From contig OW569383.1 of the NCBI GenBank assembly GCA_937625935.1, forward strand, positions 310,001 through 374,000: a stretch of 64,000 nucleotides of DNA, read 5' to 3'. The translations under genes were made by a program, and so were the position numbers. Source of the DNA: Tetramitus jugosus (lineage: Eukaryota > Protista > Heterolobosea). Positions 12,308 through 22,644 of this stretch are shown here, piece by piece (the stretch's first letter is position 1; the number at the start of each line of letters is the position of its first letter). Below the pieces are notes generated by a model. That model did not search any database and had not been told where the DNA came from. It saw nothing but the letters and a program-made list of their open reading frames with translations.

Positions 12308-13477
12308 ATGAGTATACTATCCAAACGTCGGTTATCTCCCCTCTTTCTCTCCCTCACCATCACCATCATCCTACTTGTCCTCTTCACAATAACAACAACA
12401 ACAACCATCGTCCAATGTCAAAAAACAACTACAACAAAACCAACCGGAGCAAATTCACGAATGAAAAATGTGAGAAATGAACTCGCAACTAAGATGGATC
12501 TCCTATCGCCCCCATCAGACAATGATGATCCATTATTTTCCAACAAAAATGTTCGAATTTCAACCACAAAAACAACAACAACAAGTGGTGATCGTGTTGA
12601 TGAGGAAAATGTAAATGTTGCGGTTCATCCTAGAGGACTCATCAATAAGGCACTTTCAGCCAACACGAATGAAAATAAACAACCCGTCAATGAAACGAAT
12701 ACAAATTCCAAAAATGAAAAAACTGAAGAAGCTGAAGCTAAAGATGAAAAAGCTAAAGCTAAAGAAGAAGATGAAGAAGAAGATGCGGATAACATTGTTG
12801 TAGATATGAATGACACAAACAGTAACAATACATCAACTGTTGATACACAAAAACCAAAGACTGAAAATGATGATCAAAAACAAGAACAACAAGTCAAAAA
12901 GAATGAAGCTCAAAACTCAATTACTCCTACTCCAACTACTCCTACCACTGCGAATGATGATGATAAGAATGATCAAAAAGCAGCTCCTTCAAAAGAAGAC
13001 ACAAAAAACAACAACAAAAAACAAGAAAAAGTCAATAATGACAAAGTTGATGACAAAGCTGAAGATGATGAAAATGATGATGACGTAAATCAACAAACTA
13101 AACAAGAGTCATCACCAACACTAACACCTCCTTCAGAAGAAAAACAAGAAGAAAAACAAAAACAAGCAGAAAAAGAGAAGGATAATAGTTCGTCCATAAC
13201 GAAAAAACAAGAAGAAGCTACTGTTGATGATGGTATAGGTGATTTTGATCAACCATCAACGTTGAGTGACTTGTTTGCTTCGTATGGAATTTTAACGTTT
13301 GCAGTGTTGTTGTCCATTGTGGCGCTCAGTGCTCTTGCTTACTATTATTATTCTAATGTTTTCAAGAGAAGAAATGGTGGTTTCATGAGATTGAATGGTA
13401 AGACTAGGTATAGAGCTTTGTCGACCAATGATGATTATGATGATTATAGTAATGAGCCGTTGGATTTGGAAATTTAA
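12308..13477 (+). CDS. Type I single-pass membrane protein with charged/Thr-rich low-complexity ectodomain; TGN38/KCT2-like architecture
   Basis: N-terminal hydrophobic signal, D/E/K/N/T-rich region, TM (YGILTFAVLLSIVALSALAYYYY), basic stop-transfer sequence and short tail with YRAL (YxxL) and an acidic cluster. Confidence 0.78.
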   Translation: MSILSKRRLSPLFLSLTITIILLVLFTITTTTTIVQCQKTTTTKPTGANSRMKNVRNELATKMDLLSPPSDNDDPLFSNKNVRISTTKTTTTSGDRVDEENVNVAVHPRGLINKALSANTNENKQPVNETNTNSKNEKTEEAEAKDEKAKAKEEDEEEDADNIVVDMNDTNSNNTSTVDTQKPKTENDDQKQEQQVKKNEAQNSITPTPTTPTTANDDDKNDQKAAPSKEDTKNNNKKQEKVNNDKVDDKAEDDENDDDVNQQTKQESSPTLTPPSEEKQEEKQKQAEKEKDNSSSITKKQEEATVDDGIGDFDQPSTLSDLFASYGILTFAVLLSIVALSALAYYYYSNVFKRRNGGFMRLNGKTRYRALSTNDDYDDYSNEPLDLEI

Positions 13478-13572
13478 AGTAAAATTTTTTTTGTTCAGTT
13501 TGTTGTTATTGTTGTTGTTCTTATTGTAGTAGTTTGATCAAACTACTGTTGTCTTTATTGTATTGCTAGTTG

Positions 13573-14049
13573 TTATTGTTGTGCTTTTGTATTTTTGATC
13601 CAATTGACTAAATTGTGAATGGGAATTGTAATTCTTACTTTTCCGTCACTTGCTTCAACAGTTTCGTTTGACATGAGCGAGGAAGCCCATCCGTACATGA
13701 CTGGAAACTTTTCTGGAAAGGTAGTCAATGAAAATTGAGTAAACTCCACACCAGTGTCTTGATAGTGTTGATATCCAGCACTGACAAGTGCTTTGAATAG
13801 CCCTGAACCTCGACTCTCTTCCTTGACACCTGCCAACCAAAGATGCAACGTTGGAGCTCGATTGATGAGTGCAATAAATCCATCTGGATGATAGACAATC
13901 ACTCCACTACTATGATCACTTGCGAGTCTTGAAATCCACAAGGATGCTCGTGAGTATTCCTTTGCGTCACCAAACACGGAACGATGCAAGGAAATCACTG
14001 GCGCAACAGTGCGTTCGTTGATTTCATCAACGATTTGGATGTTTTGCAT
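13573..14049 (-). CDS. GNAT-family N-acetyltransferase (158 aa)
   Basis: LHLWLAGVKEESRGSGLFKALV is GNAT motif A (V…RGxG); T…FP.MY in motif B; ATG at 14049. Confidence 0.82.
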   Translation of the reverse strand: MQNIQIVDEINERTVAPVISLHRSVFGDAKEYSRASLWISRLASDHSSGVIVYHPDGFIALINRAPTLHLWLAGVKEESRGSGLFKALVSAGYQHYQDTGVEFTQFSLTTFPEKFPVMYGWASSLMSNETVEASDGKVRITIPIHNLVNWIKNTKAQQ

Positions 14050-14431
14050 TTTTTGGAGAAGATTGAAACTGCTACCGTGGGATGATTGCAGTAATAACAA
14101 GTGAAGGAGAGTTGGACTTCTATTTATTTGGATAAAAAAGATCAGCTGTGTCAACAAATCGCTTTACTGCGAAGTCGTAAGGGCGCGACTGTCTCACCAA
14201 TGAGATGTTACAACCAATGCATCATATCAAAGAACTCAGACGAACACCCCTGAGGGTGTAAGTCGGAAGGATCTGTTTGATTGAGTACAATAGCAAAATT
14301 GACACTTGCTCAAATGCTGTTGCGAAGCGAGTATTTTTTGACGAGTCATGTGGGTTTCATTCAAAAAATTACTTGAAGCGTGTGAAAAAGCGTTTTGGCA
14401 TTTACAGTCAAGTCAAGAGTTAAGATTCGTT

Positions 14432-16672
14432 CTAATCAGTCTTGTTGATCCTCAACAGTTCTCCATTGCTCTTCAAGAGCAAGATGGTCTTCTTGAACTG
14501 TGCTGCAGCGGCAATCCGTCCCAATTTTTTACCCTTGGAATCCCAGTTGTAATACTTTTGTCTGTCCGTGTCCAAGATGAGTGCTTCTCCTTCTGTGTCA
14601 CAAAGGCCAATGATCATGGTTAGATTCAACATAGCACTTGAGTGTATCTTGAAAGCAAACGTAGGAGTAGATGTAATTCTAAAATTCTTACTCTTAGCCA
14701 AAGTCAGAGCCTTGGGACCGAATTCCGGATCAGATTTGTACCAATTGGCAGTTGTTCTTGTTTTATCATCCAAGGATAGACAATAGAGATCATTAAACCA
14801 CTGATGTTTGTTACTACCACCGATATAGTATATAGAATTATGAGAGGTAATGCATGCTGATTGAGATCTGGGCTCTGGGCTGCTCTCTACATCAGTGACG
14901 ATCTGGGTCCATGTTCTGGTCTTGGTATCGAATCGAAATAGATCGCTATTGTACTCGTAGGGACCGTTGTTACAATACTGGCCGCCAAATATGTAGATAT
15001 CATCTCCAATTACACTTGCACAATGACCTGCCCTGACTCCAGGCTTCTGTCCCTTGGTGTCAATCGTCTCGATCACTCCTCTCTTTACATCATACACGAC
15101 AACATCATTGTATTGATACTCGTGATCAAAACCACCAATTAAATAAATTTTGTCTCCCACTAGAGAAGCAGAATGTCCCCATCGAGCTACATCAACAAAT
15201 GGAGTACCTTTAGAGTGATTCGCTAGCTTGACTACTTCATGGCGGCCAGTAGCGAAATGATAAGAATCAATCATTTGATAGGGCTTAGCACCTGAGCCAC
15301 CAATGACCAACATGTATGCATCTCCTCCATTCACATAAGTCACACCTGAGCACCAGAATCTAACGGTCGATTGTGCTTGAGTTGATACGATTGTTGCATT
15401 GTACGACTTACTGCTTCTCTCCTTCTGTATTTTAGCCCAGTAACTCCTCACTTGACCACAAACATATTGGTACTCTGAAATGAAGGGACACCGAGCACGT
15501 GGTTTGTCAAAGTGATAATGATCTTCGGCTCCACAAACAGCACAGCCACCCTTCTTATTATCGTCTTCAAATGGATCAAAGTAACTCGAACCACGTCTCA
15601 CCCATCGATTGGTTCTGCCTCCTGTTATTACCTCATACTCACTTTTGTATGGACACTCGTCCGGATGCTCACGATGGAGATAATCCTTCTCCTGAGAACA
15701 AATATAACATCTATTAGACTTGCTGACAGTAGTCGTAGAGAATTCATCATCACTATCATGCAAAGAATATGAGAATGAACTTTCAGTTGCTGACCACCAG
15801 TAATTCATAGATACAGAATATGTCTCAGAGTATACTGCGTGAGGCCACCCCCTGGGAATATACAAGGCATCTCCCGGATTCAAAGTTGTAGAATAAGGTT
15901 TCGATTGAAAGAACCTTGGGAATTGAACTCTCATGCCTTCTTCGTTCATCACTGTAAAATCAATTTGAGTTTGTCTGTCCATTGGATGATCCTCTGCATT
16001 CAAGTACAAGTTCCCAACATCATCCGGTCTCCAAATGATGACATGCTTCCTTCCATGGAGCTGCATAAGCACATTGTCCGAGTTATCATAATGTATTGGT
16101 GTGAAACAACCAGCACTGGATATCCAAACACCTTCAACAACACCGAAAGGCAACAGTTTGCTAATACCTCTCTCATCAAACGGCTGAGGAAACTTGGAGA
16201 TGTGGGCTTGATATATGTAATAAAACTCACCAGGGCACAAATAGTGTGCATCTGTTGGGGTGATCTTTCTGTTTGGACGCATCTTGTTCACGGCATCCGA
16301 TAGCTTGACACGAGTAATCAAATGATTGTCAGAGGATACGGGTAGTCCGTGACCACCAGGAAAGTTACCATTCTTTGAGACATACAACTGCACGTTGGAC
16401 TCACCAAAAAGCTCTTGATTCTTGTTGCCACATTGACTCCAATACTCAATCAATGCATCGACAGACCAACCACCATTGAAATGTGATGAATTGTGTTCGG
16501 CAGCACCACAGAACAGAATCATGAGCCCAGTGAGCTTCCGGGCTCCGTCCACTGGCAACTTATCCGCCTGGTGAACAACAGGGAGTTCTTGAGAACCAGA
16601 GATCTTACGTATCCAACTGGGCCAACCATTCCCAAACACTTGAAGAGTTGTTTTTCTTTCAGAGGAGGACAT
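14432..16672 (-). CDS. JmjC (cupin-like, JMJD5/JMJD7/TYW5-class) oxygenase fused to two Cys/His repeats and a Kelch propeller
   Basis: VWIS…TPIHYD..DN.L.Q..G.K, L.PGDALYIP.GW.H.V…S.S.NYWW; Kelch repeats R.GHSA..VGDKIYLIGG, RAGH.A..IGDDIYIFGG, PEPRSQ…IYYIGG. Confidence 0.9.
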   Translation of the reverse strand: MSSSERKTTLQVFGNGWPSWIRKISGSQELPVVHQADKLPVDGARKLTGLMILFCGAAEHNSSHFNGGWSVDALIEYWSQCGNKNQELFGESNVQLYVSKNGNFPGGHGLPVSSDNHLITRVKLSDAVNKMRPNRKITPTDAHYLCPGEFYYIYQAHISKFPQPFDERGISKLLPFGVVEGVWISSAGCFTPIHYDNSDNVLMQLHGRKHVIIWRPDDVGNLYLNAEDHPMDRQTQIDFTVMNEEGMRVQFPRFFQSKPYSTTLNPGDALYIPRGWPHAVYSETYSVSMNYWWSATESSFSYSLHDSDDEFSTTTVSKSNRCYICSQEKDYLHREHPDECPYKSEYEVITGGRTNRWVRRGSSYFDPFEDDNKKGGCAVCGAEDHYHFDKPRARCPFISEYQYVCGQVRSYWAKIQKERSSKSYNATIVSTQAQSTVRFWCSGVTYVNGGDAYMLVIGGSGAKPYQMIDSYHFATGRHEVVKLANHSKGTPFVDVARWGHSASLVGDKIYLIGGFDHEYQYNDVVVYDVKRGVIETIDTKGQKPGVRAGHCASVIGDDIYIFGGQYCNNGPYEYNSDLFRFDTKTRTWTQIVTDVESSPEPRSQSACITSHNSIYYIGGSNKHQWFNDLYCLSLDDKTRTTANWYKSDPEFGPKALTLAKSKNFRITSTPTFAFKIHSSAMLNLTMIIGLCDTEGEALILDTDRQKYYNWDSKGKKLGRIAAAAQFKKTILLLKSNGELLRINKTD

Positions 16673-17372
16673 ACGAACAAGTTTTGTCGGGTATGAGTGT
16701 GTTTGTTCTTTTGATTTGGGCTTTTTGACTCACAAGCGACAAGAACAAACTCCCTTGTTCCATGAGTGCCAGACTTCCCACTTGAACAGATCATGGGAAG
16801 TTCGTTTGGAAGAAAATGCGCGAATAACAACCAGAAGACAGGAAGCAGCTTAACACAAATCAGCAAAGAGTCATTCATGAGCTCTCAACAAAAGACTGGT
16901 CAACACACGAATGACCACAATGAAAATAAATGACAAAAAGATTGATATGTATATATTTTGTGTTTTGTACATGAGTGTTGCTGTACATTCCACACCCCCA
17001 GTCTCCAATGTCCATATTCACGGACATCAGATGACATCCTCGATAAAAAAAATATATATACTCATTCGTCCATTCCAATAAGCACACTACAGCACGAAAA
17101 GTACTGAACAACCATCATCAAGAATTAATCATTCGTTGAAACTGTCATGAGCAGTTGAATCTTCCAATCGCTCTCAGTGTTAATGATTTTTCTTATTAAT
17201 ATCTCACAATCACGTGCATTCATCGTCATGTTATGATAATCGGTGTTTCGTTGAACTTTTGGTTTTCTGTCGTTTCGATCCATATTAGTAGTGGTAGTCT
17301 TCTTGGTGGAAGTAGCAAATGGTTGATTCAAATGCGAGAATGGGTACATGAATATATAGAACACCAATGAAT

Positions 17373-17744
17373 TTATTGAGAATCATCACGGAAGGATTCC
17401 CAGTCAACCTTTACTTCATTCTTAGCAAAGGTTTCTCTTGAGTAGTTGGTTTGATATGGTGGCAGCAAACCTCCCATCTTGTGCTTCTTGTACTGTTGTT
17501 GTGAAAGTGAGAAAAGTGTGAGTTGGTTTTGCCCATAAAAAAAAAATCAGAGGTAGTAAAGCTTGCATCAGCTTGAAAAAAAAGGAACACTTACGTCATT
17601 CCAAGCGAGTCTAGATTGGTGATAGTTGAAGAAGTATGTTTCATAGTTGACAAAGAGGGAGATGAACATGCAGGCGAAGGAGACAGTGGTGACAACCTTC
17701 CACTTCTTGGCGACAACCAAAACATCATTGAATGAGTGAGTCAT
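17373..17744 (-). CDS. Small (89 aa) single-TM protein; 2 exons (17744-17595, 17492-17373), not shown whole in the ORF track
   Basis: MTHSFNDVLVVAKKWKVVTTVSFACMFISLFVNYETYFFNYHQSRLAWND|YKKHKMGGLLPPYQTNYSRETFAKNEVKVDWESFRDDSQ*; GTAAGT…CAG 102-nt intron in phase 0 joins two open frames. Confidence 0.75.
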
Positions 17745-18006
17745 TTTTGTTGGATAATGTGTTACGAATTGTGATGGATAACTTGCGTGCGCTTTATTCA
17801 AGAAGACAGCCGCCCCAAAAATTTTTCTGTCGGGCCTTGTTCATTTTTCCTCCGTTGTAATAAGTCAACTTCTTCGTTCAATGGGTTTGATGAATGTTGC
17901 TAAATCGGCCCAATTCTTTGATCAAATATGGAATGCAGGTCGGATTGAAGAACAATACGAAAAACCAGATCTCACCTTGCATGTCGTCGTTGTTGTATGA
18001 ACCGAC

Positions 18007-19254
18007 ATGAAGATTGAAGAGTTACCAGATCTTGTTACAAGTGACGAGCAATCCTATGGCAGTGGTGTCGGGACAATTATTTGTCTCGGAACTCCACCGC
18101 AAACCGAGTTTGGCATCGACTACTATTCTTACACTGTGTCAGATCAGTTTATTGGCTTCAAGAATGTTCCCTTGGGTGTTCACTGCATTTACTACAGCTT
18201 TCACGGCGGAGAGCGCACCTGTTTTTTTCTCGCGCTCAAATCCGATGGAACAATCTACGATGACGCGGGCAAAAATCCCTGTTCAGTTGTTGTCATTCTA
18301 AAGTATGATCCCGTGATTGAGGATTATCGAATTCTCACATGTAACAGTGGAAGAGATATTTGTGATAGCTCTAATAAGCTTCGTCGCACAGACAAGGGTA
18401 AAGAACATGTTAATGATGATGATGACGAAGAAACTGTGAGACGTGTGATGCACGAGTACACTCACATGACCAATGACCAATTTTTACGATTGGGAGAGTA
18501 TCCCATGGTTGTCAATTCTGTGAATCAGTATGAAATGTGGAGAAAACTGTCTAGTTTTATCACACCTGATGTCATCTCTCGACTGGAGCCCATTCAGAAG
18601 AAAATTATGTCTTTTGATGAAGAGTTAGACAAGAAATTGAACGTGAAAAGTGATGATCGTCGTTATCGAGTGTTTTATACCAAGATACCAAGAAAATTGA
18701 AGAGGAGTGGAGTTTTGGGCAGTGATTTAACAAAATTGAATTTTGATAAGAGTGCGTTACTGTATCAGTTGCTCAAAGATGATTATTCAATGACAAAAAA
18801 TTCGAGCGAGAAGAGTGGTTGGAGATTATTGTTGGGCGAACTACAATTTTCGTTTGTTTGTTTCTTGATGGGTCATGCATTTGATGGGTTGGAGCAGTGG
18901 AAGCGCATTATTGAATTGTTGTGTAGTTGTGACGATGCTGTTCATGATATTTCCTTGGTTGACCTATTCAGAGGATTTGTTGTAGTGCTGTATGATCAAT
19001 TGAGTGTAGTACCATCAGATTTCTTTCATGATGAACTATCTGGAAACAATTTCTTGAGGCAGCAACTCATCTCGTGGTTTGAAATTGTTGGTGTGTCTGA
19101 CTTGGACCAGCACGAGAATCAATCTTCGACTGTTGATCGAATGATTGTCGAAACAACTATTCAATTAAAGAAGCTATTGTGGGAGCGATTTCAGGTCAGT
19201 TTGGAGGATTTGGAAGAGATGGAAGATGCTCCAATGATTGTTGATTGGATGTAA
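18007..19254 (+). CDS. AAR2: U5 snRNP assembly factor AAR2
   Basis: P..TEFGIDY..Y.V..QF.G.K.VP.GVH.IYYS, W.KLSSFIT, LT.LN.DKS, LLGELQFSFVCFL.G….LEQWK.II.LLC.C. Confidence 0.95.
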   Translation: MKIEELPDLVTSDEQSYGSGVGTIICLGTPPQTEFGIDYYSYTVSDQFIGFKNVPLGVHCIYYSFHGGERTCFFLALKSDGTIYDDAGKNPCSVVVILKYDPVIEDYRILTCNSGRDICDSSNKLRRTDKGKEHVNDDDDEETVRRVMHEYTHMTNDQFLRLGEYPMVVNSVNQYEMWRKLSSFITPDVISRLEPIQKKIMSFDEELDKKLNVKSDDRRYRVFYTKIPRKLKRSGVLGSDLTKLNFDKSALLYQLLKDDYSMTKNSSEKSGWRLLLGELQFSFVCFLMGHAFDGLEQWKRIIELLCSCDDAVHDISLVDLFRGFVVVLYDQLSVVPSDFFHDELSGNNFLRQQLISWFEIVGVSDLDQHENQSSTVDRMIVETTIQLKKLLWERFQVSLEDLEEMEDAPMIVDWM

Positions 19255-19308
19255 TACGTAATTAGTAAAGTATGTCAGTCATTGAACGATGAATTTTTAT
19301 GAGGGAGA

Positions 19309-22300
19309 TTAAGAGCTGTTCGATTCATTGATCAGACCTTGCATCTCATTAATGCTTTGTATGCAAGAGTCAATATCAGAGACTGTCTGAGTATGCTTCT
19401 CCCGTGTTTTTTCCTTGACTGATTCAGGTACATTAGGCGTATTAATCTGTTTCTCGTACTTGTCCTTCAGTGCGCTCAATTGTTCAAGCTTCTTTTCCAG
19501 TTTCTTCAACTCGGCATCGAGTCTCGTTGCATAATCCGAGGGCAAGGTCAAGTAGACTGTGCAGTTCTTATTGACAACACCAACAGCCAGTTTTTGTTTC
19601 TCGACTGTCTTTATGCGATTGATTTCTTCCATGTTAACAATATGGATCGATCGGAACTTGGATAATGCGATAATATCTTGCTTGGTCTCATCGAATAACT
19701 GTTTCAGTTTCAATGTGTCCGCACTAGAGTCGTCCTGAGGTGAATCATGAATGCATACGAATCCATCAGTTTCCTTTGCTGCAGTTTGCAAGTTGGTCTT
19801 CACTGATCTGAGCTCTTGAACGACAGATAACATTAGGTTCATGTCCTGTTCTGTCCGTTCCGTGACTTGTTCTGTGATTGAGGGATAGTTGGATGGGTAT
19901 TTGCTGATCATCAAACTAAAGGCACTGTTCTTCAATACTGGTATTCTGTGCCACAACTCTTCAGAAATGAAAGGCATGAGAGGATGCATCAAACGGAAGA
20001 TATGTTCCAAACAAAGGTGCAAGGTATCAAGTGTCTCTTGTCTTTGACTTGTTGGATAATTATCGTTATAGAGAGCACTCTTGCTACACTCAAGATAAAT
20101 GTCACATAGTTCGTACATGAAGAAATCATAAATAGCTGTAGCAGCATCACTAAAGTGATAATTATCCATGGCTGAGCGAACTTTTGTGATTGCTTGATTC
20201 AATTGAACTAAAATCCACCGATTGTGAAGTTGACTATTTTCATTGGCCATGATCGAGGATACAAGTTCAGATTCCTCATAGACAGGTTGATATCCTAAAG
20301 CATCAAATCTATCCTTTGCAAATCGCGTTGCTTGCCAAATCTTATTACAGAAGAATCTGTTTGCTACAACACGTTGCACATCCAAATTAATCTGTCTACC
20401 TTGCTGCGTATACTTGATCAAACTGAATCGTAAGGCATCAGTTCCACACTCTTGTATTCCCTTGGGGAAATCCTTCTCCATCACTTTCACTGCTCGTTTG
20501 GCCTCGTCAGGGCTAATGTTGGTGTTTGATAGAACTCCAGCCTGTAATTCTTGCAGAGAGATACCGTGCATGACATCGATCGGATCAATCACATTTCCCA
20601 AACTTTTAGACATTTTTCTTCCTTGTGCGTCTCTCACCATAGGATGAAGATAAATATCCTTGAATGGTTTTGTGTCGTTCTGTAGATATGTACAGAGCAT
20701 GGCCATTCTTGCAACCCAGAAGAATAAAATGTCACTTCCAGTTTCCATGACAGAAAGTGGATAAAAGTCTTTTAGATCTTGTGTCTGCTTTGGCCATCCG
20801 AATGAAGCAAGTGGATAGAGTCCTGATGAGAACCAAGTATCTAATACATCTTCATCCTGTTCCAATTGATAATCGCTATTTTTCAAACCATGTGTCTTTG
20901 CAATTTTTTCGTGTGCTTCTTCCACAGATCTTGCCACAACCCACTCATCATGCAACTTGTTCTGTTCTTCGATATTGTTCATCACAATTTTATAGGCAGG
21001 AATACGATGTCCCCACCAAAGTTGTCTCGAAATGCACCAATCATGAATATTAGTCAGCCAACGTTCCCATGTGGCAATATAACTCGATGGATAAATGTTC
21101 GTTTCTCCTGATGAGACCAATTCCAATGATCGCTTGGCCATTTGATCACACTTGACAAACCATTGAGGAATGAGCATTGGTTCGATCACATCTTTGGTAC
21201 GGGAACATATAGGTATCTCTAGTGCATGATCCTTCTCGCTCACAAAAAGATCCATTTCCTTCAATCGATTAATCAAAATCTTTCGTACTTCGAACCGATT
21301 CATTCCTGCAAATTCGCCTGCATTTCCATTCATCGTACCATCCGAATTCAAAATATTAATAAATTCCAAATCGTTTCTCTTTCCACATGCAAAATCATCA
21401 AACGAATGCGCTGGTGTCACTTTAACAACACCCGTTCCAAACTCCATCTTGACCAACTCTGCATCACAAACAATAGGAATCTTACGATCGGGAACAAACG
21501 GATTCCGTACAAATAATCCATGATATGCCTGATATCGCTCATCGTCAGGATGAACGGCAACAGCCGTATCACCGAGCATTGTTTCCAAACGAGTTGTGCT
21601 CACTTCAATAAATCCATGTTCATTTCCATTCGCGTCAACCACTGGGTACTTGAACGTGTGCAATACTCCAAACTCAAATTTTTTGTTGTTGGCACTTGGT
21701 ATGCTCACTCCCATCTTTTTCGTTACGGACATGTAATCGACTTCGAGATCTGATATCACTGTTTTCAACGCAGGGCACCAATTGACCAATTTTGTGTCTC
21801 TGTAGATCAATCCATCCTCATGCAACTTGACAAATGCTTCGATCACTGCCTTTGAGAATGTTTCATCCATTGTAAAGACATGTCTGCTCCAATCTGTCAT
21901 GGCTCCCATTGCCTTTGTCTGCTCAGTAATCTTGTGACCGAATTCCTCCTTCCATTGCCACACGAGCTCAACAAACTTTTCTCTGCCGACATCGTGACGC
22001 GACAATCCATTACTCTCTCGACTCAACTTCTTCTCCACAACGACTTGTGTCGAAATTCCTGCATGATCCATACCAGGAACCCAAACTACACGATAACCAT
22101 CCATTTTCTTGTACCTTGACAGTGCATCCTGAAGTGAAATGGTCAATGCATGTCCAATGTGCAACGAACCAGTGACATTCGGCGGAGGCAAAGCAATGGA
22201 GAAATTTTTGGCGCCATTTTCTTGTTTCTCCGCTGTAGAAGTGTCAGGTCGGAATAAATGATTGTCTTCCCAGAATTGATACCATCCTTGTTCGACTTGT

Positions 22301-22503
22301 TTTGGCAGATATTCTTCAGGCATTTTAGACTGAGAAAGCTTTTCAAGAAATTCTTGATGCTGATGGTGCATCGTCGTACGCAAAACAAAAGAGTTGTTCG
22401 TTTTCAATGACCATAAAGCATTGTTAGTTCTAGTGGTAGTGCTTGGTGAGTGCAATGATGGTGATCTCTGTGGTTGCTGGTGTCGCAAAAGCTGTCGCCA
22501 CAT
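19309..22503 (-). CDS. VARS: Valyl-tRNA synthetase with N-terminal mitochondrial-type presequence
   Basis: PPPNVTGSLHIGHAL, DHAGISTQ, DWCISRQLWWGHRIP, DVLDTWFSS, KMSKSLGN; Arg/Ser/Leu-rich N-terminus without acidic residues. Confidence 0.98.
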   Translation of the reverse strand: MWRQLLRHQQPQRSPSLHSPSTTTRTNNALWSLKTNNSFVLRTTMHHQHQEFLEKLSQSKMPEEYLPKQVEQGWYQFWEDNHLFRPDTSTAEKQENGAKNFSIALPPPNVTGSLHIGHALTISLQDALSRYKKMDGYRVVWVPGMDHAGISTQVVVEKKLSRESNGLSRHDVGREKFVELVWQWKEEFGHKITEQTKAMGAMTDWSRHVFTMDETFSKAVIEAFVKLHEDGLIYRDTKLVNWCPALKTVISDLEVDYMSVTKKMGVSIPSANNKKFEFGVLHTFKYPVVDANGNEHGFIEVSTTRLETMLGDTAVAVHPDDERYQAYHGLFVRNPFVPDRKIPIVCDAELVKMEFGTGVVKVTPAHSFDDFACGKRNDLEFINILNSDGTMNGNAGEFAGMNRFEVRKILINRLKEMDLFVSEKDHALEIPICSRTKDVIEPMLIPQWFVKCDQMAKRSLELVSSGETNIYPSSYIATWERWLTNIHDWCISRQLWWGHRIPAYKIVMNNIEEQNKLHDEWVVARSVEEAHEKIAKTHGLKNSDYQLEQDEDVLDTWFSSGLYPLASFGWPKQTQDLKDFYPLSVMETGSDILFFWVARMAMLCTYLQNDTKPFKDIYLHPMVRDAQGRKMSKSLGNVIDPIDVMHGISLQELQAGVLSNTNISPDEAKRAVKVMEKDFPKGIQECGTDALRFSLIKYTQQGRQINLDVQRVVANRFFCNKIWQATRFAKDRFDALGYQPVYEESELVSSIMANENSQLHNRWILVQLNQAITKVRSAMDNYHFSDAATAIYDFFMYELCDIYLECSKSALYNDNYPTSQRQETLDTLHLCLEHIFRLMHPLMPFISEELWHRIPVLKNSAFSLMISKYPSNYPSITEQVTERTEQDMNLMLSVVQELRSVKTNLQTAAKETDGFVCIHDSPQDDSSADTLKLKQLFDETKQDIIALSKFRSIHIVNMEEINRIKTVEKQKLAVGVVNKNCTVYLTLPSDYATRLDAELKKLEKKLEQLSALKDKYEKQINTPNVPESVKEKTREKHTQTVSDIDSCIQSINEMQGLINESNSS

Positions 22504-22644
22504 GATTTTTTGTTTGTGGGGCTTTTTGTTTTTTGCGCGGGAAATCTTCTCAAAGAATACAACCTACCTGGTGGGTCAGCGATGTGTTGAAGATGTGGTC
22601 CATTTTTCATTCCAATGTTAGTTAAATATCGTTTTATTCGTTTG

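Noticed and set aside
16875-17367. Short minus-strand ORFs between the JmjC gene and the microprotein
   Set aside because: No recognisable motifs or consistent splice model.
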